A stretch of 51,711 nt of DNA, filler included, from Sphacelaria rigidula (taxonomy: Eukaryota), in NCBI GenBank assembly GCA_964200075.2. It is 4 parts of 4 records of this genome, joined end to end, with 100 filler letters (N's around TTAATTAATTAA, not from the genome) between each part and the next. Parts side by side here need not be neighbours in the genome. Positions count along the whole stretch, not along the records: positions 12,955 to 25,807 come from CAXNAA020003357.1; positions 25,908 to 38,759 come from CAXNAA020003358.1; 2 more parts are not named here. The stretch is one strand, 5' to 3'. The notes under the pieces were generated by a model, which saw nothing but the letters and a program-made list of their open reading frames with translations, was not told the origin of the DNA and made no database searches. Within the stretch, counting starts at the first letter, position 1, and each line of letters begins with the position of its first letter. Shown piece after piece: positions 23,364 to 35,819 of this stretch. The translations under genes were made by a program, and so were the position numbers.

Positions 23364-25807
23364 CTGGCCAGGGGGGAGGATCACAACAAGGACGGAACAC
23401 AACCACATCACGTACGGTCACCAACGAACAGTGCAATGGCCACTCAAGTGCCAACATAGAACAGACCACGTGTCGATCAAGTGCCGAACACGCCATCCGC
23501 AAAAAGCCGGGAGAAGCGGATCTCGGTATAGCCACATCCAGGAGCGACACGGGGGGCGACCAACCGTGGATGTAAATGCTCTAGTGCTCGCAACGAAATG
23601 TCACCAATATCAGTCGTGAAATCGTTATTGACACGCACCACATGCAGCAAGGACATGTCCTAGTTGAGAGACAGCGAGTCGACATATAAAAGGTGCGATA
23701 CGTGTCTACCCCGATATCAGTAGCCGGTATATACCCAAGGCAAAGCAAGTGCACAGCAGCATCATCGGGGCAGATGTCCTTGATGGAGGGTTGGAGCCAA
23801 GTTAGTGCATGTCATGTCGCCTCATGGTGTGGTGTGCCGTTGTGGATGCGCGGTGCTTTGTTGCAGAGATAGGGTGCCTGTCTCATGCCATCCGCTGGAT
23901 TGATGAAAGAGTGGCCGCAAACATTCCGCCCGATTTTTTGGGAGCATATGGAATGACAAAAACGTCCGTGGACGGAAATAAAACAAAATGTCGATGCACT
24001 GCCATGTTCTGTTCCGCCCTTTATACTTACAAGCGTCCCCCTTTCGGACGAGTCTGCATCATGCCCAAACCATCTCTCCTTCTACATGGCCGGTACATTC
24101 GTATCCCGGATTGGATCAACACTCCCGCACACAGTCACCTTTCGTCAGCAATATGTCGCTACTTACAAGAGCACAGTATCAGCGACAGGTATCACATATT
24201 CCTCGGGAAGTAAAAGCATGTGTCACATTACAATCTGGATATCAACCCTTTCCCTTCCGCCCTGACCCTCACGATCTACTCGTACAACTTGAACAACCAG
24301 GGCGCCGCTGCAACATGACTCGAGGAAGCGTAATCGGTCATGGCACCGCCCCTGTTGCCACGTATTGCTTCCCAGCTTCCATCAACACGCCCACTAAATG
24401 TCAGACACATCGAAAGCTAATATTTTCATCACTACATCAATTTCTTCGTGCCATATATCTCGAGAAATCGAAATAATTAGATACCGAAGCGCCAAACAAG
24501 CAACGAACATCGAACGCCGCGATCCGAAGTCTCGTCATTGAACGAACACATGATACAAGCGTTGAAGGTAAGACCAGTCAAATAAATTATCGATTGCTGT
24601 CAGGATTCGGACTTTGTACCCTCTCTCCCCCGCCTAGACGGGAGCATGAGGCACCACTTATACCACTGGCACGTAGCGACTATCACAAAAAGCAATATCT
24701 ACATCAATTATTATATCAATCACAGTAGCTCGATCTCTCGAACCGGTGGTCACAGAGTACAAGGAGTATACCACCAATATACCCATAACCCAAACAGCCC
24801 GCAGAAAAAGGCCAGAAACGAACATTTGCACGAAAAAAGGGCACTCGAACTACGAAAGATCCGTATGAGGCCGATTGAACTACAGGAGACCTATTTGTAC
24901 TGGCATCAGTCCCCGCGTGTGACCTCTCCGACTATTTGGCCACGTGCTGGTGTATACAAGAAGTAGTAACAGCGAGTGAGCCGATAATCGAAACTGTCGC
25001 AAAGAGCGGAGACCAATCCCAAAATAGATCCACTGTCTGGAGTGCTGTTGAAAGAGATGCTCTACAGAGCCTGCGTGCGCCCCGGAGACTGAAAAACGCT
25101 AGATAGGAAGATCCAAAAAAGACGAGAAGAACAAAAAAAGACAACCTGACGGTAACGAGGAGGGAAAACAAGGAACCATGACCTCCCTCGGGTTCTGGTC
25201 AAGTAGCGTCGTCATGGAAGCACAACAGACAGGGCATGTGTAGCCTACACACGGCATACTGCTATCAGCAAAAACAGATTCCGTCAGAGCGTCCTATAAT
25301 CAACCATGAAAACATGGGATTTGCAACCTGTACGTAGCATCCACAACAAACAACCGTCTATACCAGAAACCCAACAGACGAGAATATTCCGCCCTCAACG
25401 AAAACCTCTGCTCTTCTCCGCTGAAAGGTCCTTTTCGAAGTTGACCTCCTGACGCTCCCAGCTGTCCTCTCCAGCGTCCTTGGCCGACCCAACCGCCCAT
25501 CCTCTCCGGTATCCGTGATCTCCACACAGTGCCCCCTCTACTTTCTTTCGCGGTGAAACACTTCCTCCTTCATTATGCACTCTGGTTCAGGTCTGTGTAA
25601 AGTTTCTCGTCCAGGAGGCTCAACCAGACCTAACCCGTCCGTCGACGGACGCTCCTCCTCCATCCTTGTCGCTGAAACCAGTCTTCACACCGGCACACGC
25701 TCCTTTGTATCAGAAGTGTGCGTGCGAGCTGTCGACAGCGGTGTCAACTACCTCCCCGCACACACCGTATCCCAACAAGCACACACCCAGGGTGTAGACA
25801 CATTACA

Positions 25808-25907
25808 NNNNNNNNNNNNNNNNNNNNNNNNNNNNNNNNNNNNNNNNNNNNTTAATTAATTAANNNNNNNNNNNNNNNNNNNNNNNNNNNNNNNNNNNNN
25901 NNNNNNN
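25808..25907. other. Artificial 100-nt contig linker
   Basis: N44-TTAATTAATTAA-N44. Confidence 0.98.
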
Positions 25908-28073
25908 GAAAAACAAAAAAACAAAACAAAAAAGAACGAAGAGGGGGGAAAGAACAGGAGGGGGGAGGGGGGGGGGTACAAAAAGACAAGGTACAGAGGG
26001 GTCAGAGAACAGGTATAGAAAAAGAAAGGGCAAGAAAACTATAATCGTGACTGAGTAAACAACAACGGACTACTCCTTTGAGACTACGGACCAGTACCGG
26101 GGGGGGGGAGTGATGTCATGATCTTGCATGCTGTAGTCAGATGACCATTGACCTCGTATCCCTACAAAGCCAGGACGGAGCACGCCAGGTTTTCGGCGGA
26201 CCAGGGTTGCAATGAATCACCAAGGGCGAAGCGCCGTGGTGTGTTCGGCGAGTCGCATGAAGGGTGAGCTGCATCCTGATACGATTGTTCGGCCTGAACC
26301 GTACGGGGGAGAACGCACTCACACTACTGTACAGATTTCAATTGTCACGTCATTTGGTAGCCCCGTTCTTATTCTTCTGTACAACTGTCCCTCTGTCTCC
26401 CACGTGACTACGGGTAATACAACGTTGATAGCAGATCTCAATATAGAAGCTGCTACTCATGATGTAGAACAGGTTTTATACTTGACACTGAAAACGGAAG
26501 AGAAGTAGTTCGGTGCATTGAAATTTCTACACACACCAACACGCACACACACACACACACACCTCATTTTTTCGCACAAACTTTACCGTGACTGCACCAA
26601 CCCCCTCCCCCGTGAGCCTCATGTGACCCCTGGTTCGTTCCAAAACCCCCGTACCTAACCTTCATCATGTATAGGGGGAGCAGCGACAGGGGAGGGGACC
26701 GTGAAGGCACACGGCGAGGAAACTCTACTTCCCCAAATATTCCGTAGTCAAGTGCACGTCTGATCGTACTAAGCTAGCAAACATGGGCAGATATACATCC
26801 ATGCACTCATTTGAAACATATATATGTATATATACAAGTATTCATATACATACTCGAAAACAACATGGTACATGCAGACGGCCCTAGACTCTCCTCCCGC
26901 GCGGGCCCCGTGACGGAAACGTTAGCATACAGTCGACGAAAGTTAAGTATGTCGTCCATCAAGGTCATCTACAAGGACGCATTCCTGCAAAGTGGATATG
27001 AAACACACGCCCGTATGTATCCCCCGCTGCTTGAAGCAAACAGCAGGGTCAATTCACGCGAGACAATTTCGTCAATCGCGATGACCCACTCCCAGCTCTG
27101 CTCACAACACAGGCGAGCACGCCCCGAAGAGAATAGTTCCATCAAATGCTCCATGTATCACACCGCATCCAAAACCCCAACCCCCCTAGGAAAAAAGAGG
27201 TAGTGGGCGAAAGGGCAGCGTAACGAACAAGGGTCCACATCACTCTCACGAAGCGAAGGAGGTTACATGAAGTCCAACCATGCATTGTGCGAGAATTCAA
27301 TTTATAGATCATACGTCCCTCCCCACCCCCGTTTCAATAATTTACTCTTGATTTCTCCTCTTTCATCTTTTTTTTTGTTCACCGTTTTCGTTTCCCTCGT
27401 TTTTCCTGAATGTCCTTGACCGGGTACTTCCGAACACTTCTCCTCGGACACGTACATCCTTCTCTGTGACCACTCCTGGATTGCCATCGGATCAATGCGC
27501 GACAAAACAAATCTTATCACTTACCCACCCCATCGACAAACGTGACGGCTGCACTGTCGAAAGTTGGAACAAGCGAAAAAGAACTAGTGCTGGATCGGCA
27601 CCGATAGATGCATTTGATACTATCGGCCAATATTGATTATTGTACGGAACATCGTAAATCGCACCAATACTTTGACCGGTATATATATATATAAATATAT
27701 ATTTTTCTACCGGGGGAAAGGGGGGGGGGGGGGGGGGGGTACCTAGTATAAGTCGTGCCAAAGTCAAAAAGANNNNNNNNNNATAAAGACCATTCACCTC
27801 GCAGCCCTACAAAGCCGGGACGGAGCACGCCGGGTTTTCGCCGGACCAGGATATATATATATATACATACTTTTCTCCCGGGGAAAAGGGGGGTACTCAT
27901 GATCATGCATGCTATAGTCATAAGACCATGTGGGGGGGGAGGTACACATAGTAGAAATGCGTGAATAGAAGGGTAAACAGGAGGGATATTGACAGCCGTG
28001 TGCTACGCATTATCACGCAGCACACAAATACACAGACGCGTTCACATGACAGCTGTTGAGTACAAGTACGCAC

Positions 28074-28195
28074 GCCTGCAGCTCTCGATGAGGTCTGACG
28101 ACGAAGAGGGTGTGCAGCAGGACGCGGCCCCCGCTCGCGTTGGACCTCCGCAAAATCAATCTAGACATGGCAAAAATTGAGGTCATCTTCATACC
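28074..28195 (-). CDS. Candidate exon, unknown product
   Basis: It is bounded by ttgtccag| and |gtgcgt, with the open frame GMKMTSIFAMSRLILRRSNASGGRVLLHTLFVVRPHRELQ. No family was recognised. Confidence 0.25.
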
Positions 28196-30735
28196 CTGGA
28201 CAATAGAATACACGGTCAAAAAGTGTACTGCGCACAGTATCGACTATTGCGCCTATCATAATAGACAATGGATTCCATACTGTACGCAGTACATTTTTTC
28301 GACAATATAATATTTTGTCCAGGGTGTGGTCATCTTCCACAGCGCCCAATAATCTCAGAAAAAAACCGTTGTAAAAGAGATGTGCAAGTAGACGCACTCT
28401 GATAAAAAAAATGACAACAAGGCCACAACAGTTAGCTATGGTAATCGGGGCCAAAACAGGAAGGATTTTCTTTGGAAGAGTGCGTAAAATCTTCCTGATG
28501 GAAAAATCGCACAAGCCAATGATACGCGAATGATCCTTCCGCTCGGCGGGAAAAGAAGCATAGAAGGCCTTCTGCACCTGTGACACACACACCTCCCTGC
28601 TGCATTGCATCGCCGGTACGGTCTGTTCATCATTCATTTCACGTCGAAACTGTGACAACGCAACACGGATAGCCCACCCTGGGGGTGCCCGTCTGTACAG
28701 GTCAAGACAAAGCCGATCGGAAACGTACAGTACAGCAGTGCAATGCTGTGCCCTATAGTTATGCCCGTGAATGGGGTCCGATTTTGGGCACTATACATGA
28801 GGAACATGGACCGACCAACTCCACAGTAAGTTGAATGCGGAAGAAACGAAACCTACATGAGCCAATCAGTATCAATCACAAGTACACGCGTCACTTGAAA
28901 TGACGACGGCGCTCATACAAAATGTACTATTGCTATAGTACATTCTACAACACAGCCGTGACTGACGTTACTGTACACCTGTGCACAGGGGTATAACAGC
29001 AGGAGGATAGAAGCTGCTGCTCGTATTGTTGCTGTGCCATTCTTGTTGCAGTTTGTTGTTGTGCTTATCTTTCAACGCTACTTTCTCGGCAACGACGCGG
29101 AGTATTGGACTGCGGTTTGACGAGCGCGCTTCCCACACACCAGAACTAGCGAATTCGAAAAGGTTTCCATACGCGTGCCGTGGAGGACGCCGTATGCGTG
29201 CCGCGGAGGATGCAGCACTTTGCAAACCGCTTCACCAAACACAGACTGTAGTACAAAACGAGTTCCCTGCAACGTTCTGGGGCTTTTCGGATCCGCTGTG
29301 GCGATTTAGCAACTCCGCTTGTCAAAATCACTACGTCAAGTGTGTGTACGGGGGGCTGTGAAGTTCCATAGGCCGGTTTGTTTCCTGTCTCGAGATAGTA
29401 GCGATGAAAAAATTACAGCTGTCGCATACTAAACCTAGGTAACTTGGGGTGGAGCGTGTGTCATGTTGAGCAGAAGTTCGGTACAGTTTCGGCACAGGCC
29501 CGACCAGTCTGTGACGTCTTCAACACGTCTTCAATATCCGTCCGCGTTCGTTTTATTTTTGTGGGCAACGGATTTTTGGCCGGTAAGGCCTTCATTCACG
29601 TGCATAACAGTGCGGTCTTGTCCTCTCTCTGCCTCCCGTTGCCTTCGCTCCGTTCGTCTGTGTGTATCGCCAAGGATCAGATTACACCGACCTCTTCGAC
29701 AGCGTCACCTCTTCCTGCCTCCGGTTGCAAAATCAAATCCTTGGACTGCCACGATGGGCCATCTGGGTCTTGCATTCATTTTTGAAGTAAATATTACGCC
29801 CATGAAACAGAGATCCTCATCCTGAGGGTGGCCGTCGTCTGTGTCGAAAGACAAAGCCGAAGCACACCGCACAGCGCAGTACAGTCTTCTCTTCTTCGTG
29901 CCCCCCGCTGCATTCCGCCCTTCGTCGATGAGTATCACAAAAGTATCATATTTAACCTTTGGAGAGCGTCACCTCTTCCTCCCTCCGGCACTAAAAGTGA
30001 CTCTCGATCGCCAGGGTGGTGTCTTGCGTTAATAATTTCTCAAGTCAAAATCCCTGGAGACGGCCGCCTCTTCCTACAACCGGCCCTATAGTTGAACCCT
30101 TCGACCCGCAATTGGGTCATCTGGGTTTCGCATTCATTATCCAAGTGAAAAGTATGCGATACAACGTGTGACCGACCCTGGGGCGCGTGACACTTGGCCG
30201 TGTATTCCCGAGGTACGAGCTCAAGTTGCAGCGGACGGAGGCTGTAGAGGCGGTACGACGGACATGGCTCTACCAATACAACCAACACAACAAACGCAGA
30301 AAAGAGCATAAGTCAGGCTCCATGATGTTGTCTGTTCCAATACACGCCTTGTTCTCTACCTTGAGTTTCCCGTGCGGCTGTGTACACAAGCGGCGGCGCT
30401 TTTCTCAACAGAAGATGTCGAAGTACATCACACTTGGACATGCGCACGCACCGAAACGAAGTTACTCCGACTCAGACCTCCCCTCCGAGGTTTCCCCCCG
30501 AGCCCCTTCTGTCTGCGGTTATTTTTCACTTACCTTCATTCGGAGCTGCGCGTTACCGGGGATACTCTCCGTCGAGGAATAGATTTTGCTCGTGCGGTTC
30601 TCTCCGGTTACGTGCGCGATTCGAGCGCTGATGGTTGCGTTGGGTGCTTCAAACCCCAATGCACCATGCAGCACTGGCCATTTCAGGAAACGTCCCGCGG
30701 TCAGCACAGTAAACCGAAAAATGATTTTTTCTCAG

Positions 30736-30933
30736 GTTCAGAGTGTACGCGTTCAAAGCACTACAACAAGGCCGCTGCTGTAGGGTCGGCGTGATCGGTG
30801 TGCAGGAGTATGTAGCATATGAACAGGGAGTGCGTCGCCTGCACGTTCGGCTTTCCCGTGAAAGGTTCGAAACTGAAATCAAGCGTACCCAGGAGGAGCA
30901 TCACAGGAAAAATAGATGGATTGTCTCTGGTCG
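30736..30933 (+). CDS. Candidate exon, unknown product
   Basis: It is bounded by ttttttctcag| and |gtatgg, is 198 nt and symmetrical in phase. It encodes FRVYAFKALQQGRCCRVGVIGVQEYVAYEQGVRRLHVRLSRERFETEIKRTQEEHHRKNRWIVSG. Confidence 0.3.
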
Positions 30934-30988
30934 GTATGGTTTCCTCGAACAGGCTGTTCACTTTTCGGGCCCCGATTAGCATAGCTAA

Positions 30989-31178
30989 GGGCGTGTCTTA
31001 GCACACTACTTTTCGATCAAAAATGTGCGGTGGGGGAGGAAAACTCCAATCTGATAGGTCATGATTTCAACTATCGTAGTTGCATTTTGAAGATGGTTGA
31101 AATCACGACCTATCAGATAGGAATATTTGTTTTCCACCGCTCTTTTTCGATCGAAAAATGATGTGATCAAACACGGTC
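30989..31178. mobile_element. Tourist-like (PIF/Harbinger) palindromic MITE
   Basis: TAA flanks both sides (30986-30988 and 31179-31181), the ends are gggcgtgtct...aaacacggtc, and it is self-complementary throughout. Related pieces lie at ~36290-36350, ~36435-36465 and ~37060-37105. Confidence 0.75.
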
Positions 31179-31186
31179 TAAGTCTC

Positions 31187-32987
31187 AGGTGCTCCTCAAG
31201 ATAATCGCCCGCCGCCTAAGCACCTACTGCGAGGGCAATGGAATTCTGCCTGAAGAGCAGTGCGGCTTCCGCCCCGGACGCTCAACCGTCGACATGATGT
31301 TCACCGTCCGACGACTCCAGGAACTTGGCCGGAGACGACAGATCCCGCTCTACATGTGTTCGTCGACCTCACGAAAGCATACGATTCTGTCGACCGCCCA
31401 CTGCTGTGGAAAGTCCTGGAACGCTATGGCGTCCCACCCATTATGCTCTCGATCATCCGCCAATTCCACGATGGGATGCAAGCTCGGATGCGCACGAACG
31501 ACGGCGAATACTCGGAATGGTTCGACATCGACCAGGGCCTCCGACAGGGATGCGTCCTAGCACCACTGCTGTTCAACACCTTCTTTACGGCAGAACTTAC
31601 GGTGGCCCTGGCAGTCTTCCGCGATGACCTTGACATCTCGGGGGACCTAGTGCGAGTCCGGAAGCGCGAAAAGGGAGATTTCCACCAGGAATGTGCTGTA
31701 GCATGGGTCGAGTCAGATGTTGCCACAGCAATAGCGGCGGAAGAGGAACGGTCCCTATGGAGTATGCTGTACGCCGATGACGCCTGCATCGTCTCGCGGA
31801 TACCATCGAGCCTCGAGAAGATGATGACTGTGATTGTGACGATCTGCGTAGAGTTCAGGTTGACTGTGTCGGAAGCAAAGACGAAGACCATGCGACTGCA
31901 CTCACAGGCGGGGCACCTCGACATCAATGCGACTGGTCAGGTATACGAACAAACATACTACTTTGTTTACCCGGGGGGATCGATTACGGAGAGTGGCGAC
32001 CTCTCGGTGGAAATCAACAAGCGCGTACGAGGGGCATGGTCGAGCTACCACAAGTACAAAGTCCAACTGTACAAGCGATCGAACGCGGCCGTCCACCTCA
32101 AGGTCCGCATGATCAAAGCCGAGGCTGTCGAGGCACTCCTGTACGGGTGCGTCACATGGACCCCCCTCAGCGGTCACTACAGTACACTGCGCACGGCCCA
32201 CCATGCGTTGCTCAGGCACTATCTTGGATGGCACAAGCGCAATCGCACAGACCACGTTCTGTCATACCGAGAGACCCTCGCGAGGACAGGGTGCGAAAGC
32301 ATCGAGACGACGGTGAGGAAGAGGAGACTCCATTTTGCCGGTTTCGTCATGCGCATGACACCCGGACGGATACCGAAACACGTCATGTTCGGTGAAGTTA
32401 TAGCCGTGAAGAGGCAAAAAAGAGAGTTTAACGGCAGGCACAGGGACTGGATCCGCTGCCTAGCGGGAGACATGAAGGCGTTCGGTATCGAATGGCGGGG
32501 GTGGACTACCAAAGCCTTGAATGCAGTAGAGTGGCACAGCTGTGTTGAACAGGGAGCAGAAAGGTTTATGGCGGACTGGTGCCAAAAGGATGACGCAGAG
32601 GCAGCGTTACGGCACGCGAAAGCTGGAGGCCAAGATGCACCAACAGCACCTGGGACCGACAGTACCAACAGTAACTCACCATAGCCTACGCCAGATACGC
32701 AGGGCATGTATTTGGTCCCCATCTCTGCTCTGTTCCATCTTTTGTTTCTGGTGGTTCCTTTTTGTTTGTTTGTTTGCTTTTGTTTCGTCTGTGCTTCACC
32801 CCCCCCCCCCCCCCGCCGCCGGAACGAGCCTGGCTTTGTCTTCATTTTTCTCATGTTTCTCCTTTTTGTTTCTGATTACGAGGTGGAGTGCTGCAGTCAG
32901 CTCCGTAATGCGCTATCATCATATTTTTTGTCCTTATTCGTGGTTGTGTTTGTGTTCGTGTTTGTCGTTACTTTGTTGTTACTGTTG

Positions 32988-33019
<32 letters not shown>

Positions 33020-33207
33020 GGTGGTGGTTTTTGTTGTTATCGCTGCCCCCTTTCTTTCTTTTCTGAGGCCGTTGCTTCTGTCGTTTTTCTGTTCCTTCCT
33101 TTCCTTGTATTTTTTTTATTATACTGTTCTCTTTTTGCTGCTCCTGACCACGGGCTGGATTGTTACAATCAGCTAATGTGAGATGATCAATCAAATCAAC
33201 CAATCAA
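31187..33207 (+). mobile_element. 5'-truncated RTE-clade non-LTR retrotransposon
   Basis: The RT ORF is followed by a T/GTT-rich 3' UTR ending gctaatgtgaga plus an (ATCA)n-like tail. Confidence 0.9.
31189..32684 (+). pseudogene. RTE-type reverse transcriptase (one frameshift near 31358)
   Basis: The motifs are [45 protein letters not shown] and LLYGCVTW. A 1-nt deletion at atgtgttcgtc separates the two ORFs. Confidence 0.93.
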
Positions 33208-33996
33208 TTGTGAACGTCTACAAGGGCGGTACAGACGTACAGACCGTACGAACACTCACACTCAACAGTAGTAGTCAGTAGCAGCAGAGGGACTGCCAAC
33301 TGATTTGAAGTGGCACCCACCGGGTGGTTGTGGATACATACGACTCCCCCAAAACGAAAGTCGGCGCCATCAACGGAGAGTACACAACCCCGGCGATCCT
33401 TCCATCGGCATATACACCGAGTCCACTGACCTCTTGCTGTTGCGAAAGTCCGCTTGTTCGTTGTTCGTACAACTTTCATCTACCAACGATCGAACCGCTC
33501 ATGATACGTGCCTGTTCGACAAGACTACTACATACGAGTACAGTAAGTATACTGTTGTACTGTTGTACAACAGTACGCGCTTCGCAGTTTGTAGTACTCG
33601 TAGATGTCATGCCTCCCTTCCATGAAATCGGCCAACTTTTAGCATGATGTGGAGACGTAAAACCCGTGTTACCAACCTGTTCGACGTACAATCTGGTAAC
33701 GTGTAAATATATGGTAACACCCATCTACCCAAAATGCTGATCGATCCTGTGTAAGTCATCACACAAAAGCCGCCTTTTTGTACGAGTAGGACTGGAAGAC
33801 AACAGCATCCAATCTACTGTTGTTGTGTTGTTGTACTGCTGACTAAAAGATGATTGTACACCTCAGGCGTTCTTTCGCAATTTTATTCGCGAGCTGCTTG
33901 TCATCGCAACCCGATGAAAACACGCAACAACATTGTCTTCACTCACATGACGCATCATATCCCGTCTCTTTTGACACTCTCCACTGGCATGCTAAA

Positions 33997-34028
33997 CTGG
34001 GCCTGCGCTCCTAGGAGCGCAGGCCCAG
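33997..34028. repeat. Perfect 32-bp loopless palindrome
   Basis: ctgggcctgcgctcct|aggagcgcaggcccag. Confidence 0.97.
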
Positions 34029-34321
34029 AGGGGCGGCGGCTGCAACTGAGCTAAAAGGTACTGTATGACTGTAGCAACGACCACTTGATCGTTGATGTGG
34101 TCCTCCAGCGCTTTTTATGGTGAGGATTTTCGCTCCTTAGTTCAGACTCGCAGTGGAACGTTCAGGTGGCAAAATAGTTGTTTTGTGTCATCATCGGCTC
34201 TCTACTACCCCGCATAGGCATTTTCCATCGAGCATTGCTGAACAATTATCCGTCAAGCTGCGTCAAGGGGTGCCCTACCCGTCGCCACCCCTCTCGCACA
34301 CCACAACAAAAAGCATTTCAG

Positions 34322-34322
<1 letters not shown>

Positions 34323-34390
<68 letters not shown>
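34323..34390. repeat. (GTT)n microsatellite running into a 10-N gap
   Basis: Read directly from the sequence. Confidence 0.95.
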
Positions 34391-35690
34391 CTNNNNNNNN
34401 NNACATTGGTACTGGGCATCTTATGCGGACGCCTTCCGTGGTCACAGGCTAGCAGAAGAAACCAAAATAAAATAGTGTACAGTGTTGTATATCACTGCAC
34501 AAATGAGCTATGATCTACAGTAAGTACTGTCTGTTGTTGTTGACAGTAGTAATGTCAATCACCGTTTAATTTGTACTTGTGTGACTGGCAAACCCAATAC
34601 ACTACGCGTGTTCAAATAGACATTGCTATCCACCAAAAAAGACTTTCCGGGGGGGCTCTTATATTATGGTATCTTTTGGGTGCTGCTATCGTGGTACCGG
34701 GCGCGGGTTGGAACTTGGAACCCCAGTGACCTATCCCGATGTTCGGTCCCGAAAATATTGTTATTTTCCAGTGGCGGAACTATAATCCAGTAACAAGTAT
34801 TTCCCCAATCCTACAGGCTACGGTACGGGATTGTCCCGCCCACGGTCAATCCACGGTGACGCGCGGTCTGTATCGTACGTACGGCAGGTGAGCTCAAGCA
34901 TAAAAAGAATTACATTGCTGGTACGTGCACAGGTGGGGGGTGCCATGTGTATCTCTTTTGTGATCATCGCCTCGTGTTCGTGGTGTGCATTCGACGCCCG
35001 CACAAACAGCCGTACAGACGTAGGCTTCGAGCCTCTGGCTCTGTTAGTGGCCTGGGTATACGCTGCTGCACTGCTCCGAGCGAACACGTGCGCGGCAGTG
35101 GAGTGGGGTTTGCATAAGCCACTGCTCGCTTGAGTGATTGCAATACCGAAATGTCCGTGTGACAAGCATTCACTCAGCTCATGGTGTCATTGACACCTCA
35201 AACCTCAGACTGTCGGCAGGTTTTCTCCGACAATCGCACGTTGTGCGGTGTACATGTCTGGTGTGCTGTCCAGCAGGCATTAGCTGGAAGACTGTACCCG
35301 TAGTACATACTCCCTCGTGGTGTATCCAACAGGAGGGTCAATCTTCTTGGGAGGTATCAAGGGGCAACGAGTCGGAGCTCCACCCGTCGCTCATGTGTCA
35401 CATCAGCAATACTCTCTACGCAGCAGCTGCTGACCAACGGCTGGCACCAACCATACCGCAGCACTCTATTCCCAGCATTTTGCAGGCAGTACCTGTATAA
35501 CTGTTGTCGCACCTGGTGCGTCTAGGATGGGACAGGAGGTGCGCGTGGATCACGTGAACACTTGCGCGTACGTTGCACCTCTTCGGTATTTGGGGCAGGA
35601 GGGAGGGATGTTAGCCCTGCAGCACTGTTCACGCCCATCCACAAAAACCAGCCACAGACACAAATACTTACAGCCAGCGCTTCGTATACG

Positions 35691-35819
35691 TCACTGACTG
35701 TTCGTGGTTGTTGCTGCTGCACTGGCGGCCATGACGACTTGCTGCGCCTTCTTCGTCTGGAATAGCGTGCTAATATGACCGGCTACACCGAGTTGGCCGA
35801 TGGTGTCGGGGAGATTATC
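35691..35819 (-). CDS. Candidate terminal exon, unknown product
   Basis: gtccag|GAT opens DNLPDTIGQLGVAGHISTLFQTKKAQQVVMAASAAATTTNSQ*, which has protein-like composition. Confidence 0.35.
   Translation of the reverse strand, partial: DNLPDTIGQLGVAGHISTLFQTKKAQQVVMAASAAATTTNSQ

Noticed and set aside
25300..25720. Purine-rich minus-strand ORFs upstream of the LRR exon
   Set aside because: There is no recognisable domain and no consistent splice boundaries.
29701..30090. Recurring agcgtcacctcttcct..ctccgg motif (2-3 copies)
   Set aside because: There are too few copies to define an array. It is probably an internal repeat of an unidentified decayed element.
32542..33203. Hydrophobic, poly-C/W/H/Q ORFs
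   Set aside because: They are translations of the GTT/GGT microsatellites in the LINE 3' UTR.
35761..35819. DNLPDTIGQLG as an LRR exon
   Set aside because: Only the first half resembles an LRR. There is no LxLxxN and no donor at 72 nt, so it is kept only as an unknown exon candidate.
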